Assembly: GCA_017934175.1 (NCBI GenBank)
Contig: JAGBKB010000002.1
Location: 11,060-75,059 of the forward strand
Direction: 5' to 3'
From: Lachnospiraceae bacterium
GTDB taxonomy: Bacteria > Bacillota > Clostridia > Lachnospirales > Lachnospiraceae
DNA: 64,000 nt
Below the pieces are notes generated by a model that made no database searches, was not told where the DNA came from, and saw nothing but the letters and a program-made list of their open reading frames with translations. The translations under genes and the position numbers were made by a program. Shown here piece after piece: positions 1 to 9,488 of this stretch. Numbering within the stretch: the stretch's first letter is position 1; each line of letters begins with the position of its first letter.

Positions 1-100
1 AACTATTAGCTAATTATAGAGTATTGACATTAAAAAATAAAATACTTATAATTTAAGTATTATGATACCTTTTAGGTATGATAAAAATTAGGGGGATTTT

Positions 101-979
101 ATGGATTTAAGACAAATAAAATACTTTTTGGCTGTGGCTGAAGAAAGAAACATCACAAAGGCAGCAAAAAAACTGCACCTATCTCAGCCACCACTTAGCA
201 GGGCACTTATAGACCTTGAAAATGAATTTAATTGTAAACTTTTAATTAGAGGTAAAAGAAATATAACCTTGACTCCTGAAGGGCTTGCACTTAAAAGGCG
301 TGGTGAACAACTAATCACATTAACTGATATGACTAAAACAGAAATACTTAATATGGAACAAGGGCTAAGCGGAACTCTTTACATTGGTCATGTAGATAGC
401 GATGGTCCTACACTTATAGCAGAATGGATATCTTCATTCAAAAAAATTTATCCAAATGTCACTTACAATTTATGGTGTGGGACTGTAGATGACTTAACTG
501 ATCGTTTGAAATCCGGCCTGATAGATTTAGCTATAACTATGTCTCCGTCGTCAAGTGATATGATAGAAGGAATCAAAGTTTTTTCGGAAGATTGGGTTAC
601 TATAATTCCATCAAAGCATCCGCTAGCTAAAAGTAAAAAGCCAAATGTAAATGTCAAGGAATTAGTAAATGAAGATTTAATTATCTCATCAAGAAAAATA
701 AGAGAAAATGAAATTAGAGAGTGGTTTAAACCAACTAATATTGAGCCACATTTTATAGTTAAAACTGCTCACTCTTCAAATGCAGCAAAACTAGTTGCAA
801 AAAATATTGGTATAGCATTATTCCCAGCATCAGTTGCCAAAAATATTTCTGGTGATACAGATGTAATTATAAAAAAAGTAACTCCTACGATGAAAGTTGA
901 CTATCTATTATCTTGGAATAAAGAGAAAGAATTAAAGGCATTAGCAACAAAATTTATAGATCATGTGAAAAGTTTATAA
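101..979 (+). CDS. LysR-family transcriptional regulator
   Basis: 292-aa ORF. N-terminal HTH MDLRQIKYFLAVAEERNITKAAKKLHLSQPPLSR is typical of LysR regulators, with a C-terminal effector domain. GGGGGA RBS upstream. Confidence 0.9.
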   Translation: MDLRQIKYFLAVAEERNITKAAKKLHLSQPPLSRALIDLENEFNCKLLIRGKRNITLTPEGLALKRRGEQLITLTDMTKTEILNMEQGLSGTLYIGHVDSDGPTLIAEWISSFKKIYPNVTYNLWCGTVDDLTDRLKSGLIDLAITMSPSSSDMIEGIKVFSEDWVTIIPSKHPLAKSKKPNVNVKELVNEDLIISSRKIRENEIREWFKPTNIEPHFIVKTAHSSNAAKLVAKNIGIALFPASVAKNISGDTDVIIKKVTPTMKVDYLLSWNKEKELKALATKFIDHVKSL

Positions 980-980
980 T

Positions 981-1012
981 AAAAAAACTCTCCATAGCGG
1001 AGAGTATTTCAT
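981..1012. terminator. Bidirectional hairpin between convergent lysR-like and mnmA genes
   Basis: CTCTCC(988-993)/GGAGAG(999-1004) stem, with an A-run upstream and T-rich sequence downstream. Confidence 0.55.
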
Positions 1013-1041
1013 TTATATAATATATTTGTTACTATAAAACT

Positions 1042-2130
1042 CTATGCAATTATCCCGCCACCAAGAACTATATCACCATCATAAAATACTGCTGATTGAC
1101 CTTTTGTTATTGCCTTTTGTTTCTCTTTAAATGTAACTTTTGCATTTTTATCATCAAGCATATGTATCTCTGCTTCTGATTCTTCTTTTCTATATCTTGG
1201 TTTTACTTTACATTTAAAAGCATTCTTAGGCACGACTTCACTTACAAAACTAACATCCGTCACAAACATTTCATCGCTATATAAATCTTCTTCTTTGCCG
1301 AGGGTAACTTCATTTTTATTCGCATCAATTTTTGTCACAAAATATTTTCCATCAAGTTCTATGCCAAGTTTTCTATGCTGACCTATGGTATAATTTATAA
1401 TTCCCTTATGTCTGCCAAGTACTTTCCCATCTTCGTTTACTATATTACCATCTTTAATCTCTTCAGTTGCATTGATTTTAATTACTTTTACATAATCGCC
1501 ATCTGGTACAAAACAAATATCTTGACTATCTTTTTTATCGGCATTTGTAAATCCATTTTCTTTTGCAATGTTTCTAATATTTACTTTTTCATAATCGCCA
1601 AGTGGAAAAAGCAAATGACTTAATTGATCTTGATTTAAAAAATACAAAACATAACTTTGGTCTTTTGTTTTGTCAATCGCTTTCTTCAACATATATTTTC
1701 CATTTACAAATTCAATCCTTGCATAATGACCTGTGACCACATAATCACAATTTAGTATTTTCATTCTCTCAAATAATTTGTCAAACTTCATATACTTGTT
1801 GCAATCTATACACGGATTTGGCGTGGCACCATTCATGTACTCACTTACAAATTTATTGATAACTTTTTCTTTAAATAAATCTTTAAAGTTAAATGTATAA
1901 TGCTTTACATTGTACTTATTACAAATACTTCTTGCATCAAGTACATCATCTACACTACAGCAAGTACGACTGTTACTCACACCTGCAGTTTCGTTATCAT
2001 ATAAATTCATAGTACAAGCAAGGCATTCAAAGCCATCATCAATAAGTAATTTTAATGCCACGCTTGAATCTATGCCACCACTCATCGCTACAAGAACTCT
2101 TTTGTTATTATTTACACTATCCATACACAT
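1042..2130 (-). CDS. mnmA: tRNA-specific 2-thiouridylase MnmA
   Basis: 362-aa ORF with PP-loop SGGIDSS and the conserved MnmA layout. The real start is probably the second ATG at 2124, 8 nt after TGgTATAAT (2141-2133). Confidence 0.93.
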   Translation of the reverse strand: MCMDSVNNNKRVLVAMSGGIDSSVALKLLIDDGFECLACTMNLYDNETAGVSNSRTCCSVDDVLDARSICNKYNVKHYTFNFKDLFKEKVINKFVSEYMNGATPNPCIDCNKYMKFDKLFERMKILNCDYVVTGHYARIEFVNGKYMLKKAIDKTKDQSYVLYFLNQDQLSHLLFPLGDYEKVNIRNIAKENGFTNADKKDSQDICFVPDGDYVKVIKINATEEIKDGNIVNEDGKVLGRHKGIINYTIGQHRKLGIELDGKYFVTKIDANKNEVTLGKEEDLYSDEMFVTDVSFVSEVVPKNAFKCKVKPRYRKEESEAEIHMLDDKNAKVTFKEKQKAITKGQSAVFYDGDIVLGGGIIA

Positions 2131-2178
2131 TTATTATACCATATTTGTAATAGTTTTAATAAGTAACAAGTATTATAT

Positions 2179-3069
2179 CTACTTTATTACCCCGCCCTCT
2201 ACCACAAGACTATTCTCATATTCAAGTCCATAAGTATCTACAAGTGTTGCTTCATAATCTTTATGGAAGAAGTTTTCTTGTCCAAGGCTCTTTATTTCAT
2301 TATTCAGCCAATTGAGTAAAGTTGTATTCCCTTTTGTAACTGCTGGTGCGATTGTATCATTGCTTCCAAGTGATGGTATACCTACAGTATAACCTTCATT
2401 TTGAAGAGAATATGCGATAACTTCGGTATTGTCATTTGCCCATGCAACAGCATTTCCATTTTCAAGTGCATTTTTTGCATTGGCATAAGTATCATATTTT
2501 TGTAGTTTGATTTCAGGATTATTTTGCATTAAGTATAGTTCTGCAGTTGTTCCTGAAATAACTATCACCTGTTCGTCTTTTCCAATTTGAGATAAATCTG
2601 TGATAACTTTGCTATTCGGAGATACAACACCAAGAGCAACATTCATATATGGTAATGCAAAATCAACTTTTTTCGCTCTGTCTTCCGTAACTGTAAAATT
2701 TGCAAGAATAATATCTACTTTTCCAGTTTCAAGATACTCAACTCTATTGGCTGCTTCTGTAGATACATAATTGATTCTAACACCTAAATCTTTTCCTATT
2801 CTCTCAGCAAAATAAACATCATAACCTTGGTATTTACCATATTCATCAACATACCCAAATGGATTTTTATCAGAAAATACTCCAATATTAATAGTTCCAC
2901 TTTCTTTAATTTGATCAAGAGTTCTATAAATTGTTGATGAGCTATTTGTAGAAGAATTTGCTTTGCTACTATTACCAGATGCCTTTCCTCCACAAGCAAT
3001 TAAAGATGTTCCCAATAAAATACTTAACCCTACTACGATACTTTTCTTAAAAAAAATTTCCTTTTTCAT
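2179..3069 (-). CDS. Polar amino-acid ABC transporter substrate-binding lipoprotein (cystine/cysteine-type suspected)
   Basis: 296-aa ORF with a lipoprotein signal (LIACGG) and SBP_bac_3-like sequence. Last gene of the ABC operon, which lies behind a Cys-rich leader. Confidence 0.85.
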   Translation of the reverse strand: MKKEIFFKKSIVVGLSILLGTSLIACGGKASGNSSKANSSTNSSSTIYRTLDQIKESGTINIGVFSDKNPFGYVDEYGKYQGYDVYFAERIGKDLGVRINYVSTEAANRVEYLETGKVDIILANFTVTEDRAKKVDFALPYMNVALGVVSPNSKVITDLSQIGKDEQVIVISGTTAELYLMQNNPEIKLQKYDTYANAKNALENGNAVAWANDNTEVIAYSLQNEGYTVGIPSLGSNDTIAPAVTKGNTTLLNWLNNEIKSLGQENFFHKDYEATLVDTYGLEYENSLVVEGGVIK

Positions 3070-3083
3070 AATTATTTTCTCCT

Positions 3084-3860
3084 TTATTTTCTTTTTTGTT
3101 TATAAGTAAAAGTGTCTAAAAATGCTTTAACTTTTTCCGACTTTGGTGATTCAAAAAAATCTTCTGGGCTTGTTGCTTCAATAATTGATCCTTCATCCAT
3201 AAACACAATTCTATCAGCAACCGCTCTAGCAAATAGCATTTCATGTGTCACTACAAGCATTGTCTTTCCCATATCAGCAAGCTCTAATATTACCTCTAAA
3301 ACTTCTCTTGTCATCTCAGGATCTAGAGAAGCTGTAACCTCATCAAAGAGTAGTATTTCTGGATTCATACATAATGCACGCACTATAGCAACTCTTTGTT
3401 TCTGGCCACCTGACAATTGACTTGGCATACTATATGCTTTCCCTTCTAAACCTACCCTCTTAAGCAATACCTTTGCATCTTCAATTACTTCCTTCTTTTT
3501 TCTTTTTTGAACTTTTATTGGTGCTAGAATAATATTATCTAACACATTTTTATGTGGAAATAATTCATAATTTTGAAATACCATTCCTATTTTTTGTCTT
3601 ATCTCTGACAAATTACTTTTCCTATTGGAAATTGTCTCTCCACACAATTTTATTTCTCCACCTTGGACATCTTCCAATAGGTTAATACATCGTAGAAGTG
3701 TGCTCTTCCCACACCCACTTGATCCAACTAATACCACAACTTCTCTTTTATGTAATTTTAAACTTAAATCTTTTATTGCAAAATTCTCATCATATTTCTT
3801 ATGTAAATGGGAAATTTCCAATATCACATCTTTTTTATTCTCATCTAACATTATTTCCAC
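3084..3860 (-). CDS. Polar amino-acid ABC transporter ATP-binding protein
   Basis: Walker A GSSGCGKST, signature LSGGQKQR, Walker B LLFDE. Confidence 0.92.
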   Translation of the reverse strand: MEIMLDENKKDVILEISHLHKKYDENFAIKDLSLKLHKREVVVLVGSSGCGKSTLLRCINLLEDVQGGEIKLCGETISNRKSNLSEIRQKIGMVFQNYELFPHKNVLDNIILAPIKVQKRKKKEVIEDAKVLLKRVGLEGKAYSMPSQLSGGQKQRVAIVRALCMNPEILLFDEVTASLDPEMTREVLEVILELADMGKTMLVVTHEMLFARAVADRIVFMDEGSIIEATSPEDFFESPKSEKVKAFLDTFTYKQKRK

Positions 3861-4555
3861 CTCTTTTCAAGTTTCATTGATAAAACACTTATAGGCCAAC
3901 ATATTAAAAAGTATAGAATAAAGACTACCAAATAAACACCAAATGCTGCATTCTTACTTAACATACGATTAGCCTCTATAATTTGCTGTGCCACTTTTAT
4001 CATTTCAACAACTCCAATCATAAGTACTAAACTTGTAGTTTTTATCATTCTTGTGATTAGATTTATTGATATCGGTATAATTCTTCTTAGCGATTGTGGT
4101 AAAATTACATAAATGAATGTCTGTAATCTACTTAAACCAAGTGCCTCGGCACTTTCATATTGATGATTTGAAACACTTGAAAGAGAGCCTCGAACGATTT
4201 CACCCATTTCTGCTATACCCCAAAGTGAGAAAACAATTATAGCTGATAGTTCTCCAGTCAAGTTAATTCTAAATACTCTTGTACTACCGAAATACACAAT
4301 AAACAATAATACTAATTGTGGCATGATTCTTATAAAGTCAATATAGATTCTTGACACAACTCTAACCGCTATGTTTTTCTTTTGTATCAATATTCCAAAA
4401 GCTAACCCTAATGCAACACTAATTGCTATAGAAATTAAACTTATTTTAAGTGTCACTAAAAGCCCGCCCATTAGTCTTAAGAAATTATGGCCTTTAAATA
4501 AAACATCAATTCCTAAGTCTTTCACATAACTAAACATACTTGATTTTCCTTTCAA
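3851..4555 (-). CDS. Amino-acid ABC transporter permease
   Basis: 234-aa multi-TM ORF of the His/Glu/Gln/Arg-type permease family. Overlaps its neighbours, consistent with an operon. Confidence 0.85.
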   Translation of the reverse strand: MKGKSSMFSYVKDLGIDVLFKGHNFLRLMGGLLVTLKISLISIAISVALGLAFGILIQKKNIAVRVVSRIYIDFIRIMPQLVLLFIVYFGSTRVFRINLTGELSAIIVFSLWGIAEMGEIVRGSLSSVSNHQYESAEALGLSRLQTFIYVILPQSLRRIIPISINLITRMIKTTSLVLMIGVVEMIKVAQQIIEANRMLSKNAAFGVYLVVFILYFLICWPISVLSMKLEKRWK

Positions 4556-5192
4556 TCAAAATTCCTATAATCGATACAGGTAATAATATAATTAAATAGA
4601 AAAGCACTAACATCAACAAAGCTTCAATGGTATTATAATATATTCCAATTAAATCTTTTGCAGTAAACATCAAATCCATTATACTAATTGCCGAAAATAC
4701 TGATGTCTCCTTTAATAAAAATATAATGTTGGCAATTATTCCATGTAGACTTACTCTTATTGCTTGTGGCATAATTATATATATTATTGTTTGTAACTTA
4801 CTAAATCCTAAACTGTAAGCACTCTCTTTTTGGATTACATCTATAGCCTCTATTCCGCTTCTGAAGGTCTCTGCCATATAACTACCTCCCAAAAATGCGA
4901 GTCCTAAAATTGCGCACATTTCTGCCTTAATCGAAATGCCAACTTTAGGAAGTCCATAATAAATAAAGAATAATTGAATAATTAGTGGTGTATTTCTACT
5001 TAATTCTATATAGAACTTGGTAATATTTCTAAGCACTGGCACTTGATAAAAAGTAATTATAGTTAATGCTAAGCCAATAATAATTGCAAATATTATCCCT
5101 ATAATTCCTATTTTAAGTGTTAATATTGCTGCCTCCTTATAGAGTGGAAGAAATTTTATAATAAATTCATAATCCATGCTACATTTACACAC
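4530..5192 (-). CDS. Amino-acid ABC transporter permease
   Basis: 220-aa multi-TM ORF, paralog of the adjacent permease. The likely true start is ATG at 5177 (MDYEF...). Confidence 0.85.
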   Translation of the reverse strand: MCKCSMDYEFIIKFLPLYKEAAILTLKIGIIGIIFAIIIGLALTIITFYQVPVLRNITKFYIELSRNTPLIIQLFFIYYGLPKVGISIKAEMCAILGLAFLGGSYMAETFRSGIEAIDVIQKESAYSLGFSKLQTIIYIIMPQAIRVSLHGIIANIIFLLKETSVFSAISIMDLMFTAKDLIGIYYNTIEALLMLVLFYLIILLPVSIIGILIERKIKYV

Positions 5193-5202
5193 CCTTTCAC
5201 AA

Positions 5203-5233
5203 TAAAAAATGCTACGGACTCATTTTCCGTAGC
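5203..5233 (-). terminator. Intrinsic terminator inside the 5' leader of the ABC operon (attenuator)
   Basis: Minus strand GCTACGG-AAAATGAGT-CCGTAGC followed by ATTTTTTATT. It lies between the promoter or leader ORF and the operon start. Confidence 0.75.
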
Positions 5234-5262
5234 ATTTAACAAATATTATTTATTACTTCTAA

Positions 5263-5346
5263 CTATTTTTTGTATGCACACGAAAAATGAATTGCTTTCA
5301 TGCAACATACACAACAACTATTTAAATTTGCATATACTTTTTTCAT
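5263..5346 (-). CDS. Putative Cys-rich leader peptide (27 aa) MKKVYANLNSCCVCCMKAIHFSCAYKK
   Basis: My own translation of the minus strand, ATG 5346 to TAG 5263. Cys codons at positions 11, 12, 14, 15 and 23. The 3' codons overlap the antiterminator strand. Confidence 0.6.
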   Translation of the reverse strand: MKKVYANLNSCCVCCMKAIHFSCAYKK

Positions 5347-5363
5347 GTGAATTACCTACAATT

Positions 5364-5391
5364 ATTATATCATTATATAAAATAATGGCAA
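5364..5391 (-). promoter_or_regulatory. SigA-type promoter of the Cys leader / ABC operon
   Basis: TTGCCA(5391-5386)-16 nt-TGaTATAAT(5372-5364), 17 nt upstream of the leader ATG. Confidence 0.55.
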
Positions 5392-5433
5392 TACTTTTTT
5401 TCTCATTTAGGTTATATGTTTTATAACAACTTA

Positions 5434-5462
5434 TTGGAAATTTATATAAACTATAGTATAAT
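5434..5462 (+). promoter_or_regulatory. SigA-type promoter abutting the ttcA-like start (leaderless candidate)
   Basis: TTGGAA(5434-5439)-17 nt-TATAAT(5457-5462), then 6 nt to ATG 5469. No SD sequence. Confidence 0.55.
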
Positions 5463-6635
5463 TTGTATATGATAAAAAACATTCAAAATATAGAGATATG
5501 TATAAATGACTTTATGAATATCAAAGACAACAATGATGTTGTGGTTATTGATATGCGAAGTGATATTGAAAGGTCATACGGCAATATAAAAAATAGCATT
5601 CATCTTGATGGTGAAAATCTCAAAAATGACCCACCTCACGATGCAAATAAAAACTACATTATCTGTTGCTCTCGCGGAAAAACAAGCTATGAAATAGCAA
5701 AAGAACTTAGAGACAGCGGATTTTCAAACTATTATAGTCTAAAAGGTGGATACTCATCTTATGTACTTTATTTGATTAGAAATGATAAACAAAATGAATC
5801 TAATACTATTCTTTTAGACAAAGTTGAAAAATCAATACAAACTAAATTTAGAACAAATCTTATGTCTAATTTTCTAAAAGCAATAAAAACCTATAAGTTA
5901 ATAAATGAAAATGATAAAATTGCTATCTGCATATCAGGTGGCAAGGATAGTTTTCTTATGGCTATGCTATTTAGAGAATTAAAAAAATGGTCTAAGATTA
6001 ATTTTGATGTAGAGTATATATCTATGGACCCAGGATATAACGAAACTAATAGAAAATTAATTGAAGAAAATGCTAAGGCACTTGATATACCAATTAAAAT
6101 ATTTGAATCTGATATATTTGATATTGTGTACAATGAAGAAAAATCCCCTTGCTATCTATGTGCAAGAATGAGAAGAGGGCACCTATATGCATATGCTAAA
6201 AAAATATCATGCAATAAAATAGCACTTGCACACCACTATGATGATGTTATAGAAACAATTCTTATGGGTATGCTCTATGGCGGGCAAATGCAGTCTATGC
6301 TTCCTAGATTAAAAAGCACTAACTTTCAAGGAATGGAACTCATACGTCCACTATATCTTATAAGGGAAGATGACATAATAAATTGGCGAGATTATAATGA
6401 TTTACATTTTTTGCAATGTGCTTGTAAATTTATAGACACTTGCACAACTTGTAATAACAATGAAAATGCATCTAAAAGACTTGAAGTAAAAAAGATTATA
6501 AAAACTCTTAAAGAGAAAAATCCATATATAGAAAGCAACATCTTTAGGAGTGCTGAAAATGCACAAGTTGATACTCTTCTTTCTTACAAAATAAAAGGAG
6601 TGAAACACTCCTTTCTTGAAAATTTTGATGATTAA
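5463..6635 (+). CDS. ttcA: Rhodanese domain fused to a TtcA-family PP-loop tRNA thiolation ATPase
   Basis: The N-terminal ~100 aa are rhodanese-like (active-site-like CCSRGKTS). The rest has PP-loop SGGKDS and the TtcA-type CYLCARMRRG motif. The probable start is ATG 5469. Confidence 0.75.
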   Translation: MYMIKNIQNIEICINDFMNIKDNNDVVVIDMRSDIERSYGNIKNSIHLDGENLKNDPPHDANKNYIICCSRGKTSYEIAKELRDSGFSNYYSLKGGYSSYVLYLIRNDKQNESNTILLDKVEKSIQTKFRTNLMSNFLKAIKTYKLINENDKIAICISGGKDSFLMAMLFRELKKWSKINFDVEYISMDPGYNETNRKLIEENAKALDIPIKIFESDIFDIVYNEEKSPCYLCARMRRGHLYAYAKKISCNKIALAHHYDDVIETILMGMLYGGQMQSMLPRLKSTNFQGMELIRPLYLIREDDIINWRDYNDLHFLQCACKFIDTCTTCNNNENASKRLEVKKIIKTLKEKNPYIESNIFRSAENAQVDTLLSYKIKGVKHSFLENFDD

Positions 6636-6763
6636 TTAATATTATTTAAATTTTATCATTAATTCTTTTCCAGCATTCCATGCTTGTCTGGCTCTTTTAC
6701 CAGTAATATACCACTTTAAAATTAGTCAAATATAGGTACATTAAATTCAAAGAAAGTGTCAAT

Positions 6764-6903
6764 AATGACATAAATTCACTGCAACGAAGGTATTGATACA
6801 ACAAAAAAAACGCTAATATAAAGTATATTAGCGATTTTGATTTTATTTTTATTTCTCATACTGCTACTTTTTTAAAAGATTTTGCATAAAATAATTTAAA
6901 ATT
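6764..6903. repeat. Direct repeat copy A (left flank of island 1)
   Basis: AATGACATAAATTCACTGCAAC plus a 71-nt block GATTTTGATTTTATTTTT...TTTGCATAAA...TTTAAAATT, repeated at 12659-12754. Copy A has a 47-nt insertion carrying a hairpin. Confidence 0.8.
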
Positions 6904-6940
6904 ACATATTTTTCAAAAAGGTGTAAAAAAAAGTGTATAC

Positions 6941-6960
6941 TTTCTCTTGACTGATGCAAT
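6941..6960. repeat. Conserved 20-24 bp motif TTTCTCTTGACT(A/G)ATGCAAT, copy 1
   Basis: Near-identical copies at 43798-43818 and 45868-45892. Confidence 0.8.
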
Positions 6961-7001
6961 ACAGAACTATACTATATACTATATACTTTTTCGAGGCGCC
7001 T

Positions 7002-8066
7002 TTATTTTAGCGCAACCCATATTATAGGTCTAACCCCTTTATTACCATCAACAGATGACGAGCAAACCTTACCGTCTTCATTAATATAATTATATACATT
7101 GGTTCCATTTGTAAATTTTAACCAATACTCACAAAACTCATTTGCGTCAATATGTTCTTTTACTTTAGGAGATTCAATCATTAGCTTATTAAAGAGTGCA
7201 TGCATGCTACATCTTGCTTTTAAATACAAAATGTTTCTATTATTAAAATATTTGTCTATATCATCAGTAGTTAATAACGAGCAATATTCTCCATGTTCAT
7301 TAGAAATAATTGCAGTTTTTTCTTTTGATGAAAATATCTTATTATAATAATTGTCGTTAATAAAATGTTGCAAGTCACTATCATTCCAATTCAAATTTGT
7401 GTCTACACTATCAATTTTTTTCCAATCTAGTATTTTGCTACTTAACAATAGTGCTTTTGAGTTCTCTTTATATAATACTCTCCACTCAAGACGAGTGTCT
7501 ATAGACATAATTTGATTATATTTTCCAAAAAGAATTGTATCATTCTTATCATCATCGTCTTGTATTAAGTGTTTAGGAATTGTTTTTTTGCTATTAATTA
7601 TTAACCTTAATCCTCTTTTACTATCAACATCTAACTCATTATACTCCGAAAATATATCTAATACTTCTTCTTCACTTGTTTCTTCATCATTTCCTTCTTC
7701 GTATTTATCGTACCAATTACCTCCTTCGTCGCCTCCATTTGTTGTAAAAGTATGTACATAATCAATTCTATTACCTTTGGTGTCATAAATAGTCATCACT
7801 TTTCGACCATCACCTATTTGCAAACACCATAATTTGCCCTCTTTATCAAAATTAACCTCTTTAATTCTAACATTAGCATAAACAATATCTAATTCTTCTT
7901 CACTTAACTTATCATAATCAGCATAAGTCCCATATTCCTGCATTTCTAACTGCTGATATAATTCTAAAAACTTATTATTCAAAAAATCAGAGTTTTTATT
8001 ATTACATGATATTATTAACAAAAATACAATTATCATAACTGCTATGATTTTAAATCTTTTTATCAT
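7002..8066 (-). CDS. Lipoprotein with DUF6273-like C-terminal domain
   Basis: 354-aa ORF with a signal peptide and Cys (LIISCNN). The C-terminus ...NKGVRPIIWVALK is paralogous to the ORF at 43829-44668 (...CGVRPAMWVSLE). Confidence 0.7.
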   Translation of the reverse strand: MIKRFKIIAVMIIVFLLIISCNNKNSDFLNNKFLELYQQLEMQEYGTYADYDKLSEEELDIVYANVRIKEVNFDKEGKLWCLQIGDGRKVMTIYDTKGNRIDYVHTFTTNGGDEGGNWYDKYEEGNDEETSEEEVLDIFSEYNELDVDSKRGLRLIINSKKTIPKHLIQDDDDKNDTILFGKYNQIMSIDTRLEWRVLYKENSKALLLSSKILDWKKIDSVDTNLNWNDSDLQHFINDNYYNKIFSSKEKTAIISNEHGEYCSLLTTDDIDKYFNNRNILYLKARCSMHALFNKLMIESPKVKEHIDANEFCEYWLKFTNGTNVYNYINEDGKVCSSSVDGNKGVRPIIWVALK

Positions 8067-8227
8067 TTTAATTCCTCTTTTAATAAAAAATAATAACTAA
8101 TTTAATTATTCTAAATGCTAATTTTTTACACAATGAAATATTATGTATTTTTATATTTATATCACTAAGTGTTTAACAATTAAACAGAGTAGAATGCGAC
8201 TCTATTAAATCATTTTTTTTAATTCTT

Positions 8228-8965
8228 TTATTGTATATTAACCGAATAATCAGAATTAATATCTAAGCTACATTCTAATACCTTTCTTTCGTTAGTAGTA
8301 ATTGAATCATACTGCTGTAATATTTTTCTTTCATCATCAAAATCTACCTCTCTTTCAACCCCATCTTTTGTATGAATAATCTTCCTTTCCCAGTTATCTT
8401 TCTCAACTTTTATATACCCATCAAAAACCTTATCTATTAAAACTAATTTATTATCTTTCATTAAATAATAAGCATATTCATCAAAATCTATATTCCCTTT
8501 TGAGTGTTTGCATATGATGGAGTCACCAATTAATGTATAATAAGTATAATAACCTATTTCATGGTCACCAACACTATTAATTAAACAAAATGGTTTATCA
8601 TTATACATAGTAAACATATATAAAATAGTACCTTTATCTTTGTGTGTATATAAAATAATTTCATCAACCCCATTATTATCAATATCAAAAATGCTATAAT
8701 AACATTTATCAATACTTGATATCAAATTAGTCCAACCAGTATCATAATCACGATTAACATATTCATAATACTCATTTTTTAATAATTTAATTACATCATC
8801 ATAATTATTTATATTTTCAGGATTGCCACCATATATATTAATTGGTTCAATGGGATTTATTGAAGTGTCATTTAAAACTTTAGTAGTATTTAGCTTAGCA
8901 ACTTGAATTGTTCCACATGATGATAAACTCAAAACCATAAAAAGTATTAACATTTTTTTATACAT
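8228..8965 (-). CDS. Hypothetical lipoprotein
   Basis: 245-aa ORF with lipobox LSLSSCGT and a GAGGT RBS. No recognisable catalytic motif. Confidence 0.65.
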   Translation of the reverse strand: MYKKMLILFMVLSLSSCGTIQVAKLNTTKVLNDTSINPIEPINIYGGNPENINNYDDVIKLLKNEYYEYVNRDYDTGWTNLISSIDKCYYSIFDIDNNGVDEIILYTHKDKGTILYMFTMYNDKPFCLINSVGDHEIGYYTYYTLIGDSIICKHSKGNIDFDEYAYYLMKDNKLVLIDKVFDGYIKVEKDNWERKIIHTKDGVEREVDFDDERKILQQYDSITTNERKVLECSLDINSDYSVNIQ

Positions 8966-9183
8966 TATTTCTACCTCGCAAAATTAGACAAATATATATA
9001 CTATTGTTTAATTATATTATATCATAATATAAAAGATTACAATACTATTGTTTAAGATTTAGTCTATTAATAAAATAATATATAATATATACTAATAGTA
9101 TAATAATACCAACAATCAAATATAGCAATTCAGTTCTAAATCCAGCAATACACAAAAAACCATCAACACCATGAATTAATAAA

Positions 9184-9411
9184 TTAAACCATATTAATCT
9201 TAAGTGTCTTCCCAAGTGCACCAGATAACCTAATCAAAAAATCCACTGTATGATTATAATCGCCACTTTCAAATTTTGATATGCTTGACTTTGTTGTTCC
9301 CATTTTTTGAGCTACTTTTTCTTGGGTCATTTTCTTTTTAAGTCGTACATCAATAGCCTTTGATATCAATTCATATCTTGGCGCAAGTTCACCATACTTG
9401 GATTTCAACAT
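9184..9411 (-). CDS. XRE-family helix-turn-helix protein (antitoxin-like)
   Basis: 75-aa ORF with HTH KKKMTQEKVAQKMGTTKSSISKFESG. A 20-codon ORF remnant lies directly upstream. Confidence 0.75.
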   Translation of the reverse strand: MLKSKYGELAPRYELISKAIDVRLKKKMTQEKVAQKMGTTKSSISKFESGDYNHTVDFLIRLSGALGKTLKINMV

Positions 9412-9488
9412 CTAACTATTATTAAACAATTCTCTTTTAACACTTGCATGACTTTCGAAGCATCTATTTATCATTTTCTTTACTTTAA

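Noticed and set aside
463-657. Many short ORFs in the supplied track lie antisense to, or inside, long conserved genes. Examples: 463-657, 1375-1623, 1910-2233, 3112-3420, 13656-14026, 17978-18284, 21857-22138, 23917-24294, 27560-27886, 31315-31632, 45886-46296, 52359-52928 and 57840-58181.
   Set aside because: They overlap well-supported CDSs on the other strand. They have low-complexity, AT-driven composition, no RBS and no recognisable motifs. They are shadow ORFs expected in AT-rich DNA.
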